Sequence record: SRR20825006_787
Reading direction: 5' to 3' (one strand)
DNA length: 58,553 bases
The translations under genes were made by a program, and so were the position numbers. Shown here piece after piece: positions 9,266 to 19,541 of this stretch. The notes beneath the pieces were generated by a model, which saw nothing but the letters and a program-made list of their open reading frames with translations, ran no database searches and was not told the DNA's origin. Each line of letters starts with the position of its first letter. Positions within the stretch are counted from its first letter, which is position 1.

Positions 9266-11047
9266 TTACTTGCCGCCGTGACCTTTGCCAAGAATTTGAG
9301 CGCGGTAAACGTCGTAATTAAACCTGGGCGAGTGCTCCGGTACGTGGCACGAAGCCATGCAGGTTTGCTCGTTGATCCCGAGGTTTTTGATAAAGTTTCC
9401 GGGCTTACCATGCTTCCCGAACATCGCTGCTTCCACGTGCTTGGAGCCGGGGCCGTGGCAATTCTCACACCCTACATCGGCAAGATCCTTCTCGATCTCT
9501 AATTTGCCATCGAGCATCGCCTTGTAAGAGAGCTTGCCGAGCACGCTCCCGCCAGGCTTGTTGTAGCCGACCACATGACAACCGATGCAGTCCTGGTTGA
9601 AGTCCTTGTTGGTCTTCTGCAACGTCTCGAGCGCGTGCGAGTGATTGGTCGTCTTCCAGAACGCGTAAGCCTCCGCGTGACAACTCTTGCACTGCGCGTT
9701 GCCCACATAAAACGGCTCGCCCTCCTTTGGCGGGATGAGCTCGAACTCGGTGCTGCGGTTCACCTTGTCGATCTCGGCGTTGAGCCCCGACAACACCTTG
9801 GTAAACGCATCGTCCTCGGGATATGCCTCGTCCAGTCGCACCGCGCGCCAGATAAACGCGCGCTTTCCTTCAGGGAGTTTTACCGCGGAGTTCTCGATCT
9901 CCTTCTTGCGAGCCTGGAGAGAACGCAGGCGCTCACGCAACGTCACGAGCATCGGCGGCTCCTCGCCAGGCGCCGCTGGTGGCATCTTGTTGATCGACTT
10001 GTTCACGTGCTCGATCTGCGCCTCCACGGCCTCGATCTCGGCCTTGGAGCCCGTCCGAGCGTTGGAGTAATCCTCGTCCGAGGCGCCACCCTCAGGATCA
10101 TAGAGCTTGAGCACGCCGACGTAGCGACCCTGGTCAAAGACCTCGAGCGTGTGCCCTCCCCCTTCGACCGCGTCCACCTGATCCGTCTCCCTGGGCTCCT
10201 CGCCGACCAGCACGAAGTCGATCCTCGGGTTGGCCTCGAGCAGCTTCTTGCTGCCCGCGAGCTTGCCTTGATACACCAACACGATCGCGTCCACGCCCTC
10301 CCCTTCGAGGCGCTTGACCTCTGCGGCGAGCTTTGGCGCGAGCGGTTCGACCTCGACCCCGTCGAGCTCCTCGAAGAGCTCCTCCTCGACGCCAAACACG
10401 AGCCCCGTCTTCACGCCATCGAGATCCATGGTGACGCTCCCGGGGAGCGCCTCTCCGGCGATCTTGATGTTGAGGCCATGAGGTTTGACGCCCGCCAAAT
10501 CATTGAGGCGCTTGTACTCGTCGACGCCGCGGGCAAAATCATTGGGGCCCGGCGTGACAGCGGTGATGCCGAGGTGTTTGAAGACCTTGGCGATCCCTTC
10601 AGCCTTGATGGTGGCTTGTGCGATCTCGGACTCGTCGAGCGAGGGTCGCTCGAACCAGATGTTCCCTGCCGCCACGGTCGCGTGCGCTGGCGCGAAGCCG
10701 CTGACGACCTCGACAAACTCCACGATGCGATCGATGCCGCCTGCCGTCACATCCAGCGTGCAACCGCACGGCTCGATGTAACCCTTCATCCCGCCGATCA
10801 TGATCACGCTCGGCGCGGCGGGGCCGACATCCTTGATCTCGACCTTCTCCATCTTCGCGAGACCGCCAGTTTGCGTCTGGCTCGTCTGCGCGGTCGCCGT
10901 ATTCGACGTCGCGTTGGTGGTCTGGCCTGTCTTGTTGTTGCTGTCTGGCTTGGCGCGATCACAGGCAGGGCCCATCATCAACCCCGACAGGAGCAACGTG
11001 AGCAGCATGCCATAGATATAGCGACGCTGCGGACGGCGCGCGGACAC
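9266..11047 (-). CDS. Lipoprotein: metallophosphatase/UshA-like domain fused to a multiheme cytochrome c (c554-like) domain
   Basis: Lipobox-like GPAC; GYIEPCGC motif; heme motifs CKSCH, CIGCH, CENCH, CMASCH; start GTG 11047 or ATG 11008. Confidence 0.82.
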   Translation of the reverse strand: MSARRPQRRYIYGMLLTLLLSGLMMGPACDRAKPDSNNKTGQTTNATSNTATAQTSQTQTGGLAKMEKVEIKDVGPAAPSVIMIGGMKGYIEPCGCTLDVTAGGIDRIVEFVEVVSGFAPAHATVAAGNIWFERPSLDESEIAQATIKAEGIAKVFKHLGITAVTPGPNDFARGVDEYKRLNDLAGVKPHGLNIKIAGEALPGSVTMDLDGVKTGLVFGVEEELFEELDGVEVEPLAPKLAAEVKRLEGEGVDAIVLVYQGKLAGSKKLLEANPRIDFVLVGEEPRETDQVDAVEGGGHTLEVFDQGRYVGVLKLYDPEGGASDEDYSNARTGSKAEIEAVEAQIEHVNKSINKMPPAAPGEEPPMLVTLRERLRSLQARKKEIENSAVKLPEGKRAFIWRAVRLDEAYPEDDAFTKVLSGLNAEIDKVNRSTEFELIPPKEGEPFYVGNAQCKSCHAEAYAFWKTTNHSHALETLQKTNKDFNQDCIGCHVVGYNKPGGSVLGKLSYKAMLDGKLEIEKDLADVGCENCHGPGSKHVEAAMFGKHGKPGNFIKNLGINEQTCMASCHVPEHSPRFNYDVYRAQILGKGHGGK

Positions 11048-11082
11048 ATTCGTTCTTTCTTTCAAGCCCTCACCTCGCGGTC

Positions 11083-11892
11083 TCAGGACGCTTGTTCGAG
11101 GATATGTTTGATATTGGCGGCTTCCCAGGCGATGGCATCCTCGTAGCGAGGGTAGCGGCGCTCCATCTCCTTGAACTCCTCGGTGTGCACGCAACGCCGC
11201 GAGCTGTCTTGCTCGACAGTTGGCGGATAGAGCGCGTGGAGGAGCTCGTGGTAGACGATGTATTCGAGGAAGTAGGTTGGCACCCAGCGCTGATCGAGCG
11301 CGGGGTGGATGCGCACGAGCTTTTGATCGAAGTCGTAGCTGCCAAAGCGAATGCTTCTGCGCCCCCGGCCTCGTCGCCCCCAGGTGATCGTGATCTCGTC
11401 GAGGATCGGGTCGGCGAGCATCTCCTTGACGCCGTCGAGGATCCACTGGAGGTCATGGTTTTGGCCGAGTGTGCGGAGATTTTCGGGGTCCACGTCGTGC
11501 TGGATCGCGGTGCGGTTGTCCTCGATAAAGGCGCGCACGCGCTCGGCGGCGTCATCATCACCCTCGATAAAATCGAGGAGATCCTCGACCAGGTGGTCAT
11601 CTCCATCGAGGAACATGTGGTGGAGGCGGACCTCGAAGCTCCTCTTGCGTCGCTTGCAAGAGACCATGCGGCGGCGATTGTTCGTCAGGATCAGATCGAT
11701 CCCGCCAAGCCTCGCTTCGAAGGCAAGATGGATCTCACGCGCGCGGCGAATCTGCTCGAACATCCTCTCGGGTTGTGCCGGGGGAAGCTCACTCAACGTC
11801 AGCTTTCCTTGCACATGCGGCTTGATCAGATCCTCGAACTCTCGCGCGCTCTCTTTGGCCCATTCCCAGAGCGTTTGCTGTTGCGGGTTCAC
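11083..11892 (-). CDS. SprT/YgjP-like zinc metalloprotease domain protein
   Basis: YIVYHELLH (HExxH) followed by HTEEF; FGSY..IRIHP-like motif. Confidence 0.78.
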   Translation of the reverse strand: MNPQQQTLWEWAKESAREFEDLIKPHVQGKLTLSELPPAQPERMFEQIRRAREIHLAFEARLGGIDLILTNNRRRMVSCKRRKRSFEVRLHHMFLDGDDHLVEDLLDFIEGDDDAAERVRAFIEDNRTAIQHDVDPENLRTLGQNHDLQWILDGVKEMLADPILDEITITWGRRGRGRRSIRFGSYDFDQKLVRIHPALDQRWVPTYFLEYIVYHELLHALYPPTVEQDSSRRCVHTEEFKEMERRYPRYEDAIAWEAANIKHILEQAS

Positions 11893-12079
11893 GCGACTGG
11901 CCTCTCATCCTGAAGACGACTACTCGGTCCACCTTGACCGTCGACACCACACATGGCGCGTCTGCCCCTTGCACACAAGGGGCAGACGCCATTGATGTGA
12001 TGGTGGAGTTTAACCCCTCCATGGCGACTCTACAACAGGCCTCGCGCGGGCATTCTTCCCGCTCGAGCTGGAGTTTTAC

Positions 12080-14965
12080 TCAGCGCAAGTTCTCCAACTC
12101 GCTCATCGAACTCTCGAGCGCGCTCTTCTCTTGCTCGAATCCGGCGAGCTTGTCGCGCTCTTTTTGAACGATGTGATCAGGCGCGCGCTCGACGAACTTG
12201 GGGTTGCCAAGCTTCTTGTTCACGAACGCCATATCATCCTCGACGCGCGAGATCTCCTTGCGCAATCGCGTGAGCTCCTCCTCGACATCGATCAGGCCCT
12301 TGAGCATGAAGCGGATCTCGACGCCGCCAGCAACCGCCGTCGCCGCCGCGCCTTCGAGCGCGTCGGCCTCGGCGGCCGTCAACAACTCGATGGCGTCGAT
12401 CTTTGCCTGGTGCCCGATGTAATCGCGCGTCGCCTCGACGGATGCCCTCAAGCCCTCATCATCACTGATAAGATACGCCGTCGGGATGCGGACGCTCGGC
12501 TTGATGTTGGTCTCGCCGCGGACCGTCCTCACCGATGAGATGATCTCGAAGGCGAGCTCCATGGCGCCCTTCTCCCGCTCGAACTCGCCGAGCAACGGCT
12601 GCGGCTCGGGCCATGGCGCGACCACCAGGGCCTCGGGCGCTTCACCCGTGCGCGCGAACGATTGCCAGATGTCCTCGGTGATAAACGGCGAGATCGGGTG
12701 CAACAGGCGAAGTGAAACGTCGCGGACGTAGTCCAGCGTCGCCAACGTGGCGCGACGGTACGGCGCGTTCTCTTCGGACTCGTCGTAGAGACGAGGCTTG
12801 ATGAGCTCGATGTACCAGTCACACAGCTCGTGCCAGACGAAGTGGTAGAGCGCCTGCGCCGCGTCGTTGAACTTGTACTCGTCGAGCGCCGCGGTGACCT
12901 CGCGAGAGGTCGCGTTGACGCGACCGAGGATCCACCGATCCGCCAACCCCAAACACTCGAAGTCAAACGGAGCCTGATCCTTCTCGTCCCAGGTCGCCAT
13001 GTACGTCGAGTAATCGGAGGGCTCGAAGCCCTCCATGTTCATCATCGCGAAGCGCGAGGCGTTCCAGAGCTTGTTCAAGAAGGCGCGGTAGCCCTCCATG
13101 CGCGAGATATCGAGCTTGATGTCACGCGCCTGCGCGGCCATGATCGCGAGCGTCAGGCGCAAGGCATCCGCGCCCTGAGAAGTGATCCCTGGCAGCTCGA
13201 CGTCGCCACGCGAGTAGCTGAGATCCTCGGCCTCGATCTTTGCGATGAGCTCCTTGTGCATGTCCGCGTCGAGCTCCTCGACGCCAGGCGTCCCAGCGCT
13301 CGCGCCGGGCAAGGATGCGCCAAAGATCATGTGCAACGGATCGATGACGTTGCCCTTGACCTTGCTCATCTTGTCCCCCTTCGCGTCGCGAACCATCGCG
13401 TGCAGGAAGACATCCTCGAAAGGAACCTCACCCATGGCGTAGATCCCCATCATCATCATGCGCGCGACCCAGAAGAAGAGGATATCCGACCCCGTCTCCA
13501 GGACCTGCGTCGGGTAGAACTTCTCGAGCGTGGCGGTCTTCTCTGGCCACCCCATCGTCGAGAATGGCCACAGACCACTTGAGAACCAGGTGTCGAGGAC
13601 ATCCTGATCCTGCTCGATCTCGACGGCCTCGCCATAGTGCGCGTTGGCCTTCTCCTGCGCCTCTTCCTCGGTCATGGCGACAAAGACCTCGCCATCGGGA
13701 CCATACCAGGCAGGGATCTGGTGCCCCCACCAGAGCTGGCGGCTGATGCACCACTCCTGGATGTTGTACATGAAGTGATCGTAGGTCTTCTTCCAGACCT
13801 CGGGGATGATCCTTGTCTTCCCTTGCTCGACAGCATCCCTGGCGGGCTTTGCCAGAGGCTCACCGCGGACAAACCACTGCTTCATGACGAGCGGCTCGAC
13901 GATGACGCCGCTACGCTCGGACCTTCCAGGATGGAAGGTGATGTTGTCGATCTTGTCGAGCAACCCGAGCTCGTCGAACTTCTCGATGACGAGCTTTCGC
14001 GCCGCGTAGCGATCCAGCCCGGCGAAATCCTCGGGGCAGGTCTCGGGGATCATCGTCGCGTCCAGGCCGATGACCTGAATGAGATCGAGATCGTGGCGCT
14101 GGCCGCAATCGAAGTCATTCGGGTCGTGCGCGGGCGTGACCTTGACCGCACCGGTCCCTTTCTCGGGATCGGGGAGGATCTTGTCGGCGATGATCGGGAT
14201 CTGGCGATCGGTCAACGGCAACGCGATCATCTTGCCGATAAGATCCTTGTAGCGATCATCATCGGGGTGAACCGCGACGGCCGTATCTCCGAGCATCGTC
14301 TCGGGACGCGTGGTACCGACGATGATATGCCCGGAGCCATCGGCGAGCGGGTACTTCAGGTACCAGAACTTCCCGGCCTCGCCCTCCTTCTTGGTCAAGA
14401 CCTCGAGGTTCGAGAGGACGGTCTTGGTCTCGGGATCCCAGTTGACCATGCGATCGCCGCGATAGATCAGGTCGTCCTCGTACATGCGGACAAAGATCGT
14501 GCGGACGGCGTGCGAGAGGCCCTCGTCCATGGTGAAGCGCTCGCGCTCCCAGTCACAGGAGGCGCCAAGCTTCTTGAGCTGCTCGATGATGCGACCACCG
14601 GACTTCTCCTTCCACTCCCAGACGCGCTCGAGGAACTTCTCGCGGCCAAGGTCATGGCGCGAGATTCCCTCCTTGCGGAGCAGGCGCTCGACGACAACCT
14701 GCGTGGCGATGCCAGCGTGATCGGTGCCAGGAAGCCAGAGCGTCTCGTAACCCTGCATCCTCTTCCAACGAATGAGGATGTCTTGCAGGGTCACAAAGAG
14801 CGCGTGGCCCATGTGCAAGCTGCCGGTGACGTTTGGCGGCGGGATCACGATCGTGTAGGGCTCCTTATCGGAGTGCTCGTCGGCTTTGAAGAAACCGCCA
14901 TCGACCCAGAAGTCATACCACTGGGATTCGATCTCGACGGGATCATATTGCTGATCGACTTTCAT
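12080..14965 (-). CDS. valS: Valine--tRNA ligase
   Basis: PPPNVTGSLHMGH, GTDHAGIATQ, WCISRQLWWGH, DTWFSS, KMSK, C-terminal coiled coil. Confidence 0.98.
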   Translation of the reverse strand: MKVDQQYDPVEIESQWYDFWVDGGFFKADEHSDKEPYTIVIPPPNVTGSLHMGHALFVTLQDILIRWKRMQGYETLWLPGTDHAGIATQVVVERLLRKEGISRHDLGREKFLERVWEWKEKSGGRIIEQLKKLGASCDWERERFTMDEGLSHAVRTIFVRMYEDDLIYRGDRMVNWDPETKTVLSNLEVLTKKEGEAGKFWYLKYPLADGSGHIIVGTTRPETMLGDTAVAVHPDDDRYKDLIGKMIALPLTDRQIPIIADKILPDPEKGTGAVKVTPAHDPNDFDCGQRHDLDLIQVIGLDATMIPETCPEDFAGLDRYAARKLVIEKFDELGLLDKIDNITFHPGRSERSGVIVEPLVMKQWFVRGEPLAKPARDAVEQGKTRIIPEVWKKTYDHFMYNIQEWCISRQLWWGHQIPAWYGPDGEVFVAMTEEEAQEKANAHYGEAVEIEQDQDVLDTWFSSGLWPFSTMGWPEKTATLEKFYPTQVLETGSDILFFWVARMMMMGIYAMGEVPFEDVFLHAMVRDAKGDKMSKVKGNVIDPLHMIFGASLPGASAGTPGVEELDADMHKELIAKIEAEDLSYSRGDVELPGITSQGADALRLTLAIMAAQARDIKLDISRMEGYRAFLNKLWNASRFAMMNMEGFEPSDYSTYMATWDEKDQAPFDFECLGLADRWILGRVNATSREVTAALDEYKFNDAAQALYHFVWHELCDWYIELIKPRLYDESEENAPYRRATLATLDYVRDVSLRLLHPISPFITEDIWQSFARTGEAPEALVVAPWPEPQPLLGEFEREKGAMELAFEIISSVRTVRGETNIKPSVRIPTAYLISDDEGLRASVEATRDYIGHQAKIDAIELLTAAEADALEGAAATAVAGGVEIRFMLKGLIDVEEELTRLRKEISRVEDDMAFVNKKLGNPKFVERAPDHIVQKERDKLAGFEQEKSALESSMSELENLR

Positions 14966-15329
14966 CTCTTCTCTCCGCTTTCAATCAACGCGCCACCATT
15001 TTCTCGTGTACAGGCGACGCGAACATCCAGAACGAGCCAAACCACTTTCACGACAAGGGGAGCCTCACGGCATCCTCGCGAACTCCGAGCAACTCGAGCT
15101 CGAATTGCAAGTGGAGTATGTATCCAGTGGGCGTGACTCGCGTCAACCACCACCTCTCCCGAGGTTGACGACGGCATCCTGGCCGGCGACTTCTTCGAGC
15201 AGGTGGCATCCGACGCGCGCGAGTCGATTTCGCTCGACGCGCGTGGAAAACAAAGAGCCCACCGGCGCCTGACCTCCCCTCCTTCGCGTGTGAAGTCGGG
15301 ACGAGGACATATGCCAGATGGGCTCAAAC

Positions 15330-15362
15330 AAGAGCGCCCCTCGAGAGTTTCGAGGGGCGCTT
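15330..15362 (-). terminator. Hairpin downstream of the romR-like gene, probable intrinsic terminator
   Basis: AGCGCCCCTCGA/TCGAGGGGCGCT stem followed by TCTTGTTT on the minus strand. Confidence 0.5.
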
Positions 15363-15415
15363 TATCGACCTTTCTTTTCGGGCGCCGAGGTCTCCCTCGA
15401 CGCCAAAGGTTGCCG

Positions 15416-16339
15416 CTACTCCTCGCTCAAGAGACGCTCGAGCTCTACGCGTACCTGATCGCGGACGCGGTTATGGAGCTGTTCGTCGAGCATGGCGGTG
15501 ACCTTCTCCTCGGAGTGTTTGACAAGGCGCGGCAGGATCTTTTGGTTGAAGAGATCCCCCATGATCCCGCGGATCATGTTGGGAAGTTCTTCACGAACTA
15601 TATCCTTGACCTGGTCTCGAATTATTCCTTCGAGCTCGGCGCGATCGACACCCGCGCCGCCACCGCCACCGCTCGCCTGGCTTTGCGCCGGGGGAGGAGT
15701 TTGCTGCTGTGGGACCTGAATGCGCTCCTGCGAGCCGCTGTGCGGCTGCGCTGGGCGCGAGGCGCTCCCCTGCGGCATGGGCGCCGGGATGCGAGGCTGT
15801 GAGCCCGACATCGGAGAGGGGCGCTGTTGCTGTTGTTGAGGTTGCTGCTGCGCTTGCGGCTGCGGCCGCGCACCTCCGCCCGCGAAGGGGTTTGGAGGGG
15901 GCAATGGCGCGCCGCTACTTTGCGGCTGCTGCGGAGCACTCTGCGCCTGTGGCGGAGCACCTTGCGCCTTGCCGCCACGCGCGAGCGCGGTCTCGATAGC
16001 GCCGATGAGTTGATCGGTCTTGAAAGGTTTCCAGACCACCTCGTCCGCGCCAGCCTGGCGCGCGAGGTTCTCATCGAAGTTTTTATGCGTCCCGCCCAAC
16101 ATCACAACAGGGATCTGGTTTGTCGCGGCGTTGCTTTTAAGCGCGCGACAGATCTCGTATCCCGAACCATCCGGCATGAAATAATCGAGCAGGATGATGT
16201 CAGGGCGCTGCTGCACCGCATTCATCGTGGATCGTGCGCTGTCAGCCTCGACGAGCTCATAGCTCGAGGCTTTCAAGGCCATACCAACGATCTTACGAAT
16301 CGTGCGACTGTCATCGGCGACCAGAACCGTGTGAGCCAT
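15416..16339 (-). CDS. romR: RomR-like polarity response regulator
   Basis: N-terminal receiver, Pro/Gln-rich linker, helical C-terminus ending VELERLLSEE; lies directly upstream of valS as romR does in Myxococcus xanthus. Confidence 0.7.
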   Translation of the reverse strand: MAHTVLVADDSRTIRKIVGMALKASSYELVEADSARSTMNAVQQRPDIILLDYFMPDGSGYEICRALKSNAATNQIPVVMLGGTHKNFDENLARQAGADEVVWKPFKTDQLIGAIETALARGGKAQGAPPQAQSAPQQPQSSGAPLPPPNPFAGGGARPQPQAQQQPQQQQQRPSPMSGSQPRIPAPMPQGSASRPAQPHSGSQERIQVPQQQTPPPAQSQASGGGGGAGVDRAELEGIIRDQVKDIVREELPNMIRGIMGDLFNQKILPRLVKHSEEKVTAMLDEQLHNRVRDQVRVELERLLSEE

Positions 16340-16649
16340 GAATGCTCCTTCAAGGGCCGTTCGGCAATCTTAGCTTACCAATCTACAAAAAGCTCGGGCG
16401 ATGCCCGCCATCTTGACTTATCACGCCAGATCTAGAGGGTCAAGAAAGTGCACCGGCTTTGCCTCCTCATGATCCAATCACCTGCTCTCCCGCCTTGATG
16501 GTTGAGCGATTTCACGTCATGATGGAGAGGACGCGAGCGTTTCACATCTTAAATGCGATATAACACCGCCATGATGTGGCCCCGTTCGATTCGTCAGTGA
16601 AGGCGACATCTTAACCTCCCAAACTCTACCGGCAGCGCCACCAGACGCC

Positions 16650-18158
16650 ATGAACGAGGCGAGCTCACCAAATATCCCGGCGCTCCGCATGAGGCCAGGC
16701 GATACTCTGGCGAAGCGATACAAGCTCACGCGCAAGCTGGGTGCGGGCGGTTACAGCACCGTGTTCGCCGCGACGGACGCGCAGGAGCAACGCGACGTCG
16801 CCATCAAGCTCCTCAAGACGGATGGCGCGCACAACGACCCGAGCGCGCTCGGCAGGTTGCGCCAGGAAGCCCTCCTGCTTCGCTCGATCCGCCACCCCAA
16901 CGTCCTGCGCATCTTCGACTTCGAGCGCCACGGGGACATCGCCTTCCTCGTCATGGAGATGCTCGATGGCCACTCGCTCGCGCGCATCATCGCCACCGAA
17001 GGCCCCGCCCCCTCCGAGCGCGTGCTGCCCGTCGTCAAGCAGCTCCTGAGCGCGCTCAACGCCGCGCATCAGAACAAGATCCTTCACCGCGATATCAAAC
17101 CGGAGAACATCCTCCTGTGCGCCCCGGGGCCAAAGTCAAAGCAAGGGCTGCGCGAGGTCGCAAAGCTCGTCGACTTCGGCCTCGCCAAGTCCTACGCCCC
17201 CTGGGATGACGAGACCGACAAGGAAGAGCTCCAGATCACGCTCGTCAAGACCAAGGCTGGCGGCTTCCTCGGCACGCCGCGCTACACGCCCCCGGAACAA
17301 GCCGTCGGCGATCCCGTGGGGCCTTACACCGATCTCTTCTCGCTCGGGCTCGTGATCGCCGAGTGGCTCACCGGCGAGCTTCGCCTCAAAGGGGACACGC
17401 ACGCCGAGTTGATGCGCAACCTCGTTGGCCCCGACCCGGTCTACGTTGGAGATTGCCCGCAAGCCTGGAGGGGTTGGCTGCGGCGCATGCTCGACAAAAA
17501 CCCAGAAAATCGCATTCAGAACGCCAGCCAGGCGATGAACCAACTCCAGGAGATGGTCGTCGCCGAGCTCAACGGCAACCGCCGCGCCGGAGAGCTCGCC
17601 TTTGACAGCGAGCAAGAATCCTTCGTCGACGCCTTCATCACGCACGAGGATGGCCCCACGAGCTTTCTGGACGAAGATGGACCGCTGGAGCTCGATCTCG
17701 ACAAGCTCGCGGAAACACAACGCCCCAAGACCGTCAGCTCGCCAGAGATGTGGGCGCTCGCCAACACCGCGCTCCCCGACGAGATGACGCCACCCATGAC
17801 CAACATGCCCCCCTTGCCAGGTCAGGAGGGACAGGCATTCGGCGGCGCACCTCCCCAGTTCCAGGGCACGGACGCATCCGCCATGGCGCCTCCTCCACAA
17901 CACGGCCGCCCACCCAACATGCCGCCCATGCGCGCGACACCGCTCCAGGGCGCCACCGGCGAATTCAACTCACCGTTTGGTCCCGGACAATACCCGCTCT
18001 CACACACGAGCGAGATCGAGCGTCCACGCATCTACCAAGTCCCCGACGATGACGACGACTTCGACATCGCGCGATCCCCTGTGGCATTGATCGCCATCGG
18101 CGCGATCAGTTGCTTTGGCATTTTGGCGCTCTGGTTACTCTACCAGTTGATCTTTTGA
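16650..18158 (+). CDS. Ser/Thr protein kinase with Pro-rich linker and C-terminal TM anchor
   Basis: GAGGYS, VAIK, HRDIKPEN, DFG, GTPRY; hydrophobic C-terminus. Confidence 0.92.
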   Translation: MNEASSPNIPALRMRPGDTLAKRYKLTRKLGAGGYSTVFAATDAQEQRDVAIKLLKTDGAHNDPSALGRLRQEALLLRSIRHPNVLRIFDFERHGDIAFLVMEMLDGHSLARIIATEGPAPSERVLPVVKQLLSALNAAHQNKILHRDIKPENILLCAPGPKSKQGLREVAKLVDFGLAKSYAPWDDETDKEELQITLVKTKAGGFLGTPRYTPPEQAVGDPVGPYTDLFSLGLVIAEWLTGELRLKGDTHAELMRNLVGPDPVYVGDCPQAWRGWLRRMLDKNPENRIQNASQAMNQLQEMVVAELNGNRRAGELAFDSEQESFVDAFITHEDGPTSFLDEDGPLELDLDKLAETQRPKTVSSPEMWALANTALPDEMTPPMTNMPPLPGQEGQAFGGAPPQFQGTDASAMAPPPQHGRPPNMPPMRATPLQGATGEFNSPFGPGQYPLSHTSEIERPRIYQVPDDDDDFDIARSPVALIAIGAISCFGILALWLLYQLIF

Positions 18159-18224
18159 CCGACTTCGAGGATCACCTCTCTCGAACACTTCATGTCGCAC
18201 GCCGTTGCCAGGATTCAGCACCAC

Positions 18225-19127
18225 ATGAAACTCGTCATTCTCTCTCGCAGCCGCACCCTCTACAGCACGCGTCGACTCGTCGAAGCGAGCCGTCGACGCG
18301 GACACGACGTCCGCGTCATCGACCCTTGCCGCTGCTCGATCCATCTCGATCCCTCCGCGCTCGAGGTCACCTTCGAAGGTCGATCACTGCGCCACATCGA
18401 CTGCGTGATCCCACGCGTCGGCTCGGCCTCGGCCGATATGGTCATCAACCTCCTCAACCAGCTCGAGCGCCTCGGCGTCGTCTGCCTCAACATCGGCGAC
18501 GGCGTCCAGCGCTCGCGCGATAAGTTTCGCTCGCTCCAGGAGCTCGCGCTTGCAGGTCTCCCCGTCCCCCGCACCGCAATGACGCGCCAGATCGACCAAC
18601 TCGATCACTGCGTCGAGTCCGTCGGTGGACCTCCCGTCATCATCAAACTGCGCGAAGGCACCCAGGGCGTGGGCGTGATCAAGGCGGACTCCTCGACCTC
18701 GGTCTCCTCGATCGTTCAGGCGCTCTGGGCGCTCGAGCAACCTGTGCTGGTTCAGGAATTTATCGAGGAGAGCGATGGCGAGGACATCCGCGCCTTCGTC
18801 GTCGATGGCAAGGTCATCGGCGCGATGAAGCGCAGCGCGAAGGATGGTGACTTCCGCAGCAACCTCCACCTTGGCGGCGTCGCCGAGCGCGCCACGCTCA
18901 CGCGCGAGATGCGCGATATCGCCATCGAGGCCGCGGCGACCTTTGGCCTCAAGGTCGCTGGAGTCGACCTCCTGATGAGCCATCGAGGCCCAGTGATTAC
19001 CGAGGTCAACCCCTCACCAGGGCTCGAAGGGATCGAGGGAATCACCGGCTTCGATATCGCGAAATCAGTGATCCGCGCCGCAGAAGCGCTCCACGTCATC
19101 AACCAGGACAGAGTCGCGACGAGCTAG
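18225..19127 (+). CDS. rimK: RimK-family ATP-grasp alpha-L-glutamate ligase
   Basis: MKLVILSR..YSTRRL, GTQGVGV, QEFIEE, FRSNLHLGG, EVNPSPG. Confidence 0.88.
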   Translation: MKLVILSRSRTLYSTRRLVEASRRRGHDVRVIDPCRCSIHLDPSALEVTFEGRSLRHIDCVIPRVGSASADMVINLLNQLERLGVVCLNIGDGVQRSRDKFRSLQELALAGLPVPRTAMTRQIDQLDHCVESVGGPPVIIKLREGTQGVGVIKADSSTSVSSIVQALWALEQPVLVQEFIEESDGEDIRAFVVDGKVIGAMKRSAKDGDFRSNLHLGGVAERATLTREMRDIAIEAAATFGLKVAGVDLLMSHRGPVITEVNPSPGLEGIEGITGFDIAKSVIRAAEALHVINQDRVATS

Positions 19128-19135
19128 AGCGGGAC

Positions 19136-19525
19136 TCACTTCCCTTCAAACCCCTTCTCGCTCGCGCTCTCCTCCCAACGGCTTCCATCGAAGAACTCGA
19201 TCTCGACGTCCTCACGGGTCACGCCGTCGAGGCAGTTGAGGTTGATGTCGACCATGCCAGGGTGCGAACGCGGCGAGTAAAAGGGGTGCACGCCGCAAAC
19301 CTCGCAGAACTTGTGCACGGCCTGCATCGTGTTGAAGCGATACTCGCGAATATGCGACAAACCAGTGATCAGCTCGAAGTCTTCCGGCGCGACAATCAGA
19401 TGCAAGAACCCCTTGCGCCTGCAAATCGAGCAGTTGCAATCGAGCACCTTCTCGACCTCCAGGTCGGCGCTCACCTCGAACCGGATCGCGCCGCAGTGAC
19501 ACTGTCCGCTGTACGTCTTCTTCAC
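19136..19525 (-). CDS. GFA/CENP-V family zinc protein
   Basis: GQCHCG, CNCSIC, FCEVCG. Confidence 0.92.
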   Translation of the reverse strand: MKKTYSGQCHCGAIRFEVSADLEVEKVLDCNCSICRRKGFLHLIVAPEDFELITGLSHIREYRFNTMQAVHKFCEVCGVHPFYSPRSHPGMVDINLNCLDGVTREDVEIEFFDGSRWEESASEKGFEGK

Positions 19526-19541
19526 AGATGCTCCTCACATC

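Noticed and set aside
10755-10775. Selenocysteine in the EPCGC motif
   Set aside because: Both codons are TGC, not TGA
14966-15330. T-box riboswitch upstream of valS (AGAGGTGGTGG on the minus strand, CGTCAACC/GGTTGACG hairpin)
   Set aside because: No GGTGGNACC T-box consensus, no recognisable stem I specifier, no terminator/U tract in the right place
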